From the NCBI RefSeq assembly GCF_964355755.1, contig NC_092675.1, positions 14,108,912-14,172,911 on the forward strand: a DNA stretch of 64,000 nucleotides. Reading direction: 5' to 3'. Both the position numbers and the translations under genes were made by a program. Origin of the DNA: Antedon mediterranea. Its lineage: Eukaryota > Animalia > Echinodermata. The notes beneath the pieces are model-generated. The model was not told where the DNA came from and searched no databases. It was given only the letters and a program-made list of their open reading frames with translations. Of the stretch, positions 44,801 to 55,284 are shown piece after piece (position 1 is the stretch's first letter; the number at the start of each line of letters is the position of its first letter).

Positions 44801-47800
44801 TTCACACAAAACACCAAAGTGCTTAGAATAGCTTCGAATCGCATTTGGAGACGTTTTAGACCATTTTGTGATTTTTGAAAAAACTTGTTAACATAAAAAC
44901 ACCAAAGTGCTTAGAATAGCTTCAAATCACATTTGGAGACGTTTTAGACCATTTTGTGATTTTCGAAAAAACTTGTTAACATAAAAACACGAAAGTGCTT
45001 AGAATAGCTTCAAATCGCATTTGGAAACGTTTTAGACCATTTTGTGATTTTCGAAAAAACTTGTTAACATAAAAACACGAAAGTGCTTAGAATAGCTTCA
45101 AATCGCATTTGGAAACGTTTTAGACCATTTTGTGATTTTCGAAAAAAAATTGTTAACATAAAAACACCAAAGTGCTTAGAATCACATTATAAACCGTTTT
45201 AGACCATTTTGAGCATTTCGATAACAATTTTCACACAAAAACATCAAAGAGCACAAAATAGCTTAATATCGTATTTAAAAATGTTTTAGACCATTTTGAG
45301 AATTTAGATAAAACTTTTTCACACAAAACACCAAAGTGCTTAGAATAGCTTCAAATCACATTTGGAGACGTTTTAGACCATTTTGTGATTTTTGAAAAAA
45401 CTTGTTAACATAAAAACACCAATGTGCTTAGAATAGCTTCAAATCACATTTGGAGACGTTTTAGACCATTTTGTGATTTTTGAAAAAACTTGTTAACATA
45501 AAAACACGAAAGTGATTAGAATAGTTTCAAATCACATTTGGAGACGTTTTAGACCATTTTGTGATTTTTGAAAAAACTTGTTAACATAAAAACACGAAAG
45601 TGCTTAGAATAGCTTCAAATCGCATTTGGAAACGTTTTAGACCATTTTGTGATTTTCGAAAAAAATTGTTAACATAAAAACACCAAAGTGCTTAGAATCA
45701 CATTATAAACCGTTATAGACCATTTTGAGCATTTCGATAACAATTTTCACACAAAAACATCAAAGAGCACAAAATAGCTTAATATCGTATTTAAAAATGT
45801 TTTAGACCATTTTGAGCATTTAGATAAAACTTTTTCACACAAAACACCAAAGTGCTTAGAATAGCTTCAAATCACATTTGGAGACGTTTTAGACCATTTT
45901 GTGATTTTTGAAAAAACTTGTTAACATAAAAACACGAAAGTGCTTAGAATAGCTTCAAATCGCATTTGGAAACGTTTTAGACCATTTTGTGATTTTCGAA
46001 AAAGATTGTTAACATAAAAACACGAATGTGCTTAGAATCACATTATAAACCGTTTTAGACCATTTTGAGCATTTCGATAACAATTTTCACAGAAAAACAT
46101 CAAAGAGCACAAAATAGCTTAATATCGTATTTAAAAATGTTTTAGACCATTTTGAGCATTTGGATAAAACTTTTTCACACAAAACACCAAAGTGCTTAGA
46201 ATAGCTTCAAATCGCATTTGGAGACGGTTTAGACCATTTTGTGATTTTGAAAAAACTTGTTAACATAAAAACACCAAAGTGCTTAGAATAGCTTCAAATC
46301 GCATTTGGAGACGTTTTAGACCATTTTGTGATTTTCGAAAAAACTTGTTAACATAAAAACACCAAAGTGCTTAGAATAGCTTCAAATCGTATTTGGAGAC
46401 GTTTTAGACCATTTTGAGATTTTCGAAAAAACTTGGTTACACAAAAACATCAAAGTGCTTAAAATCACATTATAAACCGTTTTAGACCATTTTGAGCATT
46501 TCGATAACACTTTTCACACAAAAACATCAAAGAGCACAAAATAGCTTAATATCGTATTTAAAAACGTTTTAGACCATTTTGAGCATTTCGACAAAACTTT
46601 TTCACACAAAACACCAAAGTGCTTAGAATAGCTTGAAATCGCATTTGGAGACGTTTTAGAACATTTTGTGTTTTTCGAAAAAAACTGTTAACATAAAAAC
46701 ACCAAAGTGCTTAGAATAGCTTCAAATCGCATTTGGAGACGTTTTAGAACATTTTGTGTTTTTCGAAAAAACCTGTTAACATAAAAACACCAAAGTGCTT
46801 AGAATAGCTTCAAATCGCATTTGGAAACGTTTTAGACCATTTTGTGATTTTCGAAAAAGATTGTTAGCATAAAAACACGAATGTGCTTAGAATCACATTA
46901 TAAACCGTTTTAGACCATTTTGAGCATTTCGATAACAATTTTCACAGAAAAACATCAAAGAGCACAAAATAGCTTAATATCGTATTTAAAAATGTTTTAG
47001 ACCATTTTGAGCATTTGGATAAAACTTTTTCACACAAAACACCAAAGTGCTTAGAATAGCTTCAAATCGCATTTGGAGACGGTTTAGACCATTTTGTGAT
47101 TTTGAAAAAACTTGTTAACATAAAAACACCAAAGTGCTTAGAATAGCTTCAAATCGCATTTGGAGACGTTTTAGACCATTTTGTGATTTTCGAAAAAACT
47201 TGTTATTAACATAAAAACACCAAAGTGCTTAGAATAGCTTCAAATCGTATTTGGAGACGTTTTAGACCATTTTGAGATTTTCGAAAAAACTTGGTTACAC
47301 AAAAACATCAAAGTGCTTAAAATCACATTATAAACCGTTTTAGACCATTTTGAGCATTTCGATAACACTTTTCACACAAAAACATCAAAGAGCACAAAAT
47401 AGCTTAATATCGTATTTAAAAACGTTTTAGACCATTTTGAGCATTTCGACAAAACTTTTTCACACAAAACACCAAAGTGCTTAGAATAGCTTGAAATCGC
47501 ATTTGGAGACGTTTTAGAACATTTTGTGTTTTTCGAAAAAAACTGTTAACATAAAAACACCAAAGTGCTTAGAATAGCTTCAAATCGCATTTGGAGACGT
47601 TTTAGAACATTTTGTGTTTTTCGAAAAAACCTGTTAACATAAAAACACCAAAGTGCTTAGAATAGCTTCAAATCGCATTTGGAAACGTTTTAGACCATTT
47701 TGTGATTTTCGAAAAAAATTGTTAACATAAAAACACCAAAGTGCTTAGAATCACATTATAAACCGTTATAGACCATTTTGAGCATTTCGATAACAATTTT

Positions 47801-50750
47801 CACACAAAAACATCAAAGAGCACAAAATAGCTTAATATCGTATTTAAAAACGTTTTAGACCATTTTGAGCATTTCGACAAAACTTGTTAACATAAAAACA
47901 CCAAAGTGCTTAGAATAGCTTCAAATCGCATTTGGAGACGTTTTAGACCATTTTGTGATTTTTGAAAAAACTTGTTAACATAAAAACACCAAAGTGCTTA
48001 GAATAGCTTCAAATCACATTTGGAGACGTTTTAGACCATTTTGTGATTTTCGAAAAAACTTGTTAACATAAAAACACGAAAGTGCTTAGAATAGCTTCAA
48101 ATCACATTTGGAGACGTTTTAGACCATTTTGTGATTTTTGAAAAAACTTGTTAACATAAAAACACGAAAGTGCTTAGAATAGCTTCAAATCGCATTTGGA
48201 AACGTTTTAGACCATTTTGTGATTTTCGAAAAAGATTGTTACAATAAAAACACCAAAGTGCTTAGAATCACATTATAAACCGTTTTAGACCATTTTGAGC
48301 ATTTCGATAACAATTTTCACACAAAAACATCAAAGAGCACAAAATAGCTTAATATCGTATTTAAAAATGTTTTAGACCATTTTGAGCATTTAGGTAAAAC
48401 TTTTTCACACAAAACACCAAAGTGCTTAGAATAGATTCAAATCGCATTTGGAGACGGTTTAGACCATTTTGTGATTTTGAAAAAACTTGTTAACATAAAA
48501 ACACCAAAGTGCTTAGAATAGCTTCAAATCGCATTTGGAGACGTTTTAGACCATTTTGTGATTTTCGAAAAAACTTGTTAACATAAAAACACCAAAGTGC
48601 TTAGAATAGCTTCAAATCGTATTTGGAGACGTTTTAGACCATTTTGAGATTTTCGAAAAAACTTGGTTACACAAAAACATCAAAGTGCTTAAAATCACAT
48701 TATAAACCGTTTTAGACCATTTTGAGCATTTCGATAACACTTTTCACACAAAAACATCAAAGAGCACAAAATAGCTTAATATCGTATTTAAAAACGTTTT
48801 AGACCATTTTGAGCATTTCGACAAAACTTTTCACACAAAACACCAAAGTGCTTAGAATAGCTTCAAATCGCATTTGGAGACGTTTTAGACCAATTTGTGC
48901 ATTTCGATGAAACTTGATTACACACAAAAACATCAAAGTGCTTAAAATCACATTATAAACCGTTTTAGACCATTTTGAGCATTTCGATAACACTTTTCAC
49001 ACAAAAATATCAAAGAGCACAAAATAGCTTAATATCGTATTTAAAAACGTTTTAGACCATTTTGAGCATTTAGACAAAACTTTTTCACACAAAACACCAA
49101 AGTGCTTAGAATAGCTTCAAATCGCATTTGGAGACGTTTTAGACCATTTTGTGCATTTCGATGAAACTTGGTTACACAAAAACATCAAAGTGCTTAAAAT
49201 CACATTATAAATCGTTTTAGACCATTTTGAGCATTTCGACAAAACTTTTTCACACAAAATACCAAAGTGCTTAGAATAGCTTCAAATCGCATTTGGAGAC
49301 GTTTTAGACCATTTTGTGATTTTCGAAAAAACTTTTTAACATAAAAACACCAAAGTGCTTAGAATAGCTTCAAATCACATTTGGAGACGTTTTAGACCAT
49401 TTTGTGATTTTCGAAAAAACTTGTTAACATAAAAACACGAAAGTGCTTAGAATAGCTTCAAATCGCATTTGGAAACGTTTTAGACCATTTTGTGATTTTC
49501 GAAAAAAATTGTTAACATAAAAACACAAAAGTGCTTAGAATCACATTATAAACCGTTTTAGACCATTTTGAGCATTTCGATAACAATTTTCACACAAAAA
49601 CATCAAAGAGCACAAAATAGCTTAATATCGTATTTAAAAATGTTTTAGACCATTTTGAGCATTTAGATAAAACTTTTTCACACAAAACACCAAAGTGCTT
49701 AGAATAGCTTCAAATCGCATTTGGAGACGTTTTAGACCATTTTGTGATTTTTGAAAAAACTTGTAAACATAAAAACACCAAAGTGCTTAGAATAGCTTCA
49801 AATCACATTTGGAGACGTTTTAGACCATTTTGTGATTTTCGAAAAAAACTTGTTTACATAAAGACACGAAAGTGCTTAGAATATCTTCAAATCGCATTTG
49901 GAAACGTTTTAGACCATTTTGTGATTTTCGAAAAAACTTGTTAACATAAAAACACGAAAGTGCTTAGAATAGCTTCAAATCGCATTTGGAAACGTTTTAG
50001 ACCATTTTGTGATTTTCGAAAAAAATTGTTAACATAAAAACACCAAAGTGCTTAGAATCACATTATAAACCGTTTTAGACCATTTTGAGCATTTCGATAA
50101 CAATTTTCACACAAAAACATCAAAGAGCACAAAATAGCTTAATATCGTATTTAAAAATGTTTTAGACCATTTTGAGCATTTAGATAAAACTTTTTCACAC
50201 AAAACACCAAAGTGCTTAGAATAGCTTCAAATCGCATTTGGAGACGTTTTAGACCATTTTGTGATTTTTGAAAAAACTTGTTAACATAAAAACACCAATG
50301 TGCTTAGAATAGCTTCAAATCACATTTGGAGACGTTTTAGACCATTTTGTGATTTTTGAAAAAACTTGTTAACATAAAAACACGAAAGTGCTTAGAATAG
50401 CTTCAAATCACATTTGGAGACGTTTTAGACCATTTTGTGATTTTTGAAAAAACTTGTTAACATAAAAACACGAAAGTGCTTAGAATAGCTTCAAATCGCA
50501 TTTGGAAACGTTTTAGACCATTTTGTGATTTTCGAAAAAGATTGTTAACATAAAAACACCAAAGTGCTTAGAATCACATTATAAACCGTTTTAGACCATT
50601 TTGAGGATTTCGATAACAATTTTCACACAAAAACATCAAAGAGCACAAAATAGCTTAATATCGTATTTAAAAATGTTTTAGACCATTTTGAGCATTTTAG
50701 ATAAAACTTTTTCACACAAAAAACCAAAGTGCTTAGAATAGCTTCAAATC
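35880..50750. repeat. Near-perfect ~7.43-kb tandem duplication within the satellite
   Basis: Rare variants recur at offsets of 7432-7435: ATCAACGTG 36371/43803, ACAATCGC 37151/44583 and the GAGGATTTC variant 43171/50606. Identical ORF-track entries occur at 41364/48799 and 42309/49744. Boundaries are approximate. Confidence 0.88.
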
Positions 50751-53700
50751 GCATTTGGAGACGGTTTAGACCATTTTGTGATTTTGAAAAAACTTGTTAA
50801 CATAAAAACACCAAAGTGCTTAGAATAGCTTCAAATCGCATTTTAGACCATTTTGTGATTTTCGAAAAAACTTGTTAACATAAAAACACAAAAGTGCTTA
50901 GAATAGCTTCAAATCGTATTTGGAGACGTTTTAGACCATTTTGAGATTTTCGAAAAAACTTGGTTACACAAAAACATCAAAGTGCTTAAAATCACATTAT
51001 AAACCGTTTTAGACCATTTTGAGCATTTCGATAACACTTTTCACACAAAAACATCAAAGAGCACAAAATAGCTTAATATCGTATTTAAAAACGTTTTAGA
51101 CCATTTTGAGCATTTCGACAAAACTTTTTCACACAAAACACCAAAGTGCTTAGAATAGCTTCAAATCGAATTTGGAGACGTTTTAGACCAATTTGTGCAT
51201 TTCGATGAAACTTGATTACACACAAAAACATCAAAGGGCTTAAAATCACATTATAAACCGTTTTAGACCATTTTGAGCATTTCGATAACACTTTTCACAC
51301 AAAAACATCAAAGAGCACAAAATAGCTTAATATCGTATTTAAAAACGTTTTAGACCATTTTGAGCATTTAGACAAAACTTTTTCACACAAAACACCAAAG
51401 TGCTTAGAATAGCTTCAAATCGCATTTGGAGACATTTTAGACCATTTTGTGCATTTCGATGAAACTTGGTTACACAAAAACATCAAAGTGCTTAAAATCA
51501 CATTATAAATCGTTTTAGACCATTTTGAGCATTTCGACAAAACTTTTTCACACAAAATACCAAAGTGCTTAGAATAGCTTCAAATCGCATTTGGAGACGT
51601 TTTAGACCATTTTGTGATTTTCGAAAAAAACTTTTTAACATAAAAACACCAAAGTGCTTAGAATAGCTTCAAATCACATTTGGAGACGTTTTAGACCATA
51701 AGTGCTTAGAATCACATTATAAACCGTTTTAGACCATTTTGAGCATTTCGATAACAATTTTCACACAAAAACATCAAAGAGCACAAAATAGCTTAATATC
51801 GTATTTAAAAATGTTTTAGACCATTTTGAGCATTTAGATAAAACTTTTTCACACAAAACACCAAAGTGCTTAGAATAGCTTCAAATCGCATTTGGAGACG
51901 TTTTAGACCAATTTGTGATTTTTCAAAAAACTTGTTAACATAAAAAAACCAAAGTGCTTAGAATAGCTTTAAATCACATTTGGAGACGTTTTAGACCATT
52001 TTGTGATTTTGAACAAACTTGTTAACATAAAAACACAAAAGTGCTTAGAATAGCTTCAAATCGCATTTGGAGACGTTTTAGACCATTTTGTGATTTTCGA
52101 AAAAACTTGTTAACATAAAAACACCAAAGTGCTTAGAATAGCTTCAAATCGTATTTGGAGACGTTTTAGACCATTTTGAGATTTTTGAAAAAACTTGGTT
52201 ACACAAAAACATCAAAGTGCTTAAAATCACATTATAAACCGTTTTAGACCATTTTGAGCATTTCGGTAACACTTTTCACACAAAAACATCAAAGAGCACA
52301 AAATAGCTTAATATCGTATTTAAAAACGTTTTAGACCATTTTGAGCATTTAGACAAAACTTTTTCACACAAAACACCAAAGTGCTTAGAATAGCTTCAAA
52401 TCGCATTTGGAGACGTTTTAGACCATTTTGTGCATTTCGATGAAACTTGGTTACACAAAAACATCAAAGTGCTTAAAATCACATTACAAATCGTTTTAGA
52501 CCATTTTGAGCATTTCGACAAAACTTTTTCACACAAAATACCAAAGTGCTTAGAATAGCTTCAAATCGCATTTGGAGACGTTTTAGACCATTTTGTGATT
52601 TTCGAAAAAACTTTTTAACATAAAAACACCAAAGTGCTTAGAATAGCTTCAAATCACATTTGGAGACGTTTTAGACCATAAGTGCTTAGAATCACATTAT
52701 AAACCGTTTTAGACCATTTTGAGCATTTCGATAACAATTTTCTCACAAAAACATCAAAGAGCACAAAATAGCTTAATATCGTATTTAAAAATGTTTTAGA
52801 CCATTTTGAGCATTTAGATAAAACTTTTTCACACAAAACACCAAAGTGCTTAGAATAGCTTCAAATCGCATTTGGAGACGTTTTAGACCATTTTGTGATT
52901 TTTGAAAAAACTTGTTAACATAAAAACACCAAAGTGCTTAGAATAGCTTCAAATCACATTTGGAGACGTTTTAGACCATTTTGAGATTTTCGAAAAAACT
53001 TGTTAACATAAAAACACGAAAGTGCTTAGAATAGCTTCAAATCGCATTTGGAAACGTTTTAGACCATTTAGTGATTTTCGAAAAAACTTGTTAACATAAA
53101 AACACGAAAGTGCTTAGAATAGCTTCAAATCGCATTTGGAAACGTTTTAGACCATTTTGTGATTTTCGAAAAAAATTGTTAACATAAAAACACCAAAGTG
53201 TTTAGAATAGCTTCAAATCGCATTTGGAGACGTTTTAGACCAATTTGTGATTTTCGAAAAAACTTATCAACATAAAAACACCAAAGGGTTTAGAATAGCT
53301 TCAAATCGCATTTGGAGACGTTTTAGACCATTTTGTGATTTTCGAAAAAACTTGTTAACATAAAAACACGAAAGAGCTTAGAATAGCTTCAAATCGCATT
53401 TGGAAACGTTTTAGACCATTTTGTGATTTTCGAAAAAACTTGTTAACATAAAAACATCAAAGTGCTTAAAATCACATTATAAACCGTTTTAGACCATTTT
53501 GAGCATTTCGGTAACACTTTTCACACAAAAACATCAAAGAGCACAAAATAGCTTAATATCGTATTTAAAAACGTTTTAGACCATTTTGAGCATTTAGACA
53601 ATACTTTTTCCCACAAAACACCAAAGTGCTTAGAATAGCTTCAAATCGCATTTGGAGACGTTTTAGACCATTTTGTGCATTTCGATGAAACTTGGTTACA

Positions 53701-54729
53701 CAAAAACATCAAAGTGCTTAAAATCACATTACAAATCGTTTTAGACCATTTTGAGCATTTCGACAAAACTTTTTCACACAAAATACCAAAGTGCTTAGAA
53801 TAGCTTCAAATCTTAAAAACTTTTTAACATAAAAACACCAAAGTGCTTAGAATAGCTTCAAATCACATTTGGAGACGTTTTAGACCATAAGTGCTTAGAA
53901 TCACATTATAAACCGTTTTAGACCATTTTGAGCATTTCGATAACAATTTTCACACAAAAACATCAAAGAGCACAAAATAGCTTAATATCGTATTTAAAAA
54001 TGTTTTAGACCATTTTGAGCATTTAGATAAAACTTTTTCACACAAAACACCAAAGTGCTTAGAATAGCTTCAAATCGCATTTGGAGACGTTTTAGACCAT
54101 TTTGTGATTTTTGAAAAAACTTGTTAACATAAAAACACCAAAGTGCTTAGAATAGCTTCAAATCACATTTGGAGACGTTTTAGACCATTTTGAGATTTTC
54201 GAAAAAACTTGTTAACATAAAAACACGAAAGTGCTTAGAATAGCTTCAAATCGCATTTGGAAACGTTTTAGACCATTTAGTGATTTTCGAAAAAACTTGT
54301 TAACATAAAAACACGAAAGTGCTTAGAATAGCTTCAAATCGCATTTGGAAACGTTTTAGACCATTTTGTGATTTTCGAAAAAGATTGTTAACATAAAAAC
54401 ACCAAAGTGCTTAGAATCACAATATAAACCGTTTTAGACCATTTTGAGCATTTCGATAACAATTTTCACACAAAAACATCAAAGAGCACAAAATAGCTTA
54501 ATATCGTATTTAAAAATGTTTTAGACCATTTTGAGCATTTAGATAAAACTTTTTCACACAAAACACCAAAGTGCTTAGAATAGCTTCAAATCGCATTTGG
54601 AGACGGTTTAGACCATTTTGTGATTTTGAAAAAACTTGTTAACATAAAAACACCAAAGTGCTTAGAATAGCTTCAAATCACATTTGGAGACGTTTTAGAC
54701 CATTTTGTGATTTTCGAAAAAACTTGTTA

Positions 54730-54733
54730 ACAT
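54730..54733 (+). other. Left target-site duplication ACAT
   Basis: The junctions read ...CTTGTTA-ACAT-[TGTTAC...GTAACA]-ACAT-AAAAACACC. The empty monomer has only one ACAT. Confidence 0.9.
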
Positions 54734-55176
54734 TGTTACGTGTGACGAGAGTCAGGTGTCACATGTCGCATGCAAATGAATCAAGTCGTCGGTGGTCAAG
54801 TGGACGAATCAGAATGGAGCATGGTGGTGCGCGGTATTTTGGAAAGCTGTGCTGGGTGTGTGTTACAAAGAGGGGAGTGACTCAAGAGACAGGGCCAGCT
54901 AAGGACGCTTGCGGTTAGAACTGTGCTTGATACTGGAAGCAAGGCAGGACGATAAGAATAAGAAGGTTGTGATGTGTACAGATGGCCAGGCAAACCAACC
55001 ACTTGGTATCATACGTATCTATAATTGTGTTGTTATGTATTTTGTGCTTCGTGAAAGGAAATAAATGGAGCTCGTGCTCTTTGCATAATACTCTGAGTGT
55101 CGACTATTGTTTGTTCCAAGCCTCGTTGTTGCTATTTATTTAGGTATTTCGGCCTAGGCCAAAAGTGGTCGTAACA
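54734..55176 (+). repeat. 5' LTR (443 bp)
   Basis: It starts TGTTACG and ends CGTAACA (7-bp terminal inverted repeat). It matches 60391-60833 with no differences seen on base-by-base reading. Confidence 0.97.
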
Positions 55177-55181
55177 GAAAT

Positions 55182-55198
55182 TGGGGGCTCGTCCGGGA
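55182..55198 (+). promoter_or_regulatory. Primer-binding site complementary to the tRNA-Pro 3' end
   Basis: TGGGGGCTCGTCCGGGA lies 5 nt after the 5' LTR and matches 17 of 18 nt of the classical tRNA-Pro PBS TGGGGGCTCGTCCGGGAT. Confidence 0.92.
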
Positions 55199-55284
55199 AA
55201 ACCGGAGTTATCAGACTCACTCGGGGTTTGGAACAAACAATCACTGCTACACTATTGTAATTTTTTTTTAACCATTTGTTTATA

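Larger units (their letters stand above)
1..54733. repeat. Satellite DNA array, ~88-bp monomer family (78/87/88-bp variants), head-to-tail in one orientation
   Basis: The major monomer is AAAAACACCAAAGTGCTTAGAATAGCTTCAAATCGCATTTGGAGACGTTTTAGACCATTTTGTGATTTTCGAAAAAACTTGTTAACAT (CATAAAAAC at 241 and 329, 88 bp apart). The GACCATTTT anchor recurs at 34, 121, 208 and 296 (87, 87, 88 bp) and at 2807/2885 (78 bp). No unique sequence or inversion was seen. Confidence 0.98.

Noticed and set aside
17414-52836. Short 60-68 aa ORFs in the satellite (17414, 29238, 32136, 41364, 42309, 48799, 49744, 51085, 52654)
   Set aside because: These are chance stop-free translations of monomers, mostly with non-ATG starts. 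They are useful only as duplication markers.
1-54733. CRISPR-like array (recurring GTTTTAGACCATTTT anchor)
   Set aside because: The intervening sequences are themselves near-identical repeats rather than unique spacers. There are no cas genes and the context is eukaryotic.
54729-54733. 5-bp TSD AACAT
   Set aside because: It would require the LTR to end in C. The 5' LTR ends GTAACA before GAAAT, so the TSD is 4 bp.
54658-55002. ORFs in or across the LTRs (54658+, 54796-, and copies 60390+, 60453-)
   Set aside because: They are short, have no recognisable motifs, and one is a satellite-LTR junction chimera.
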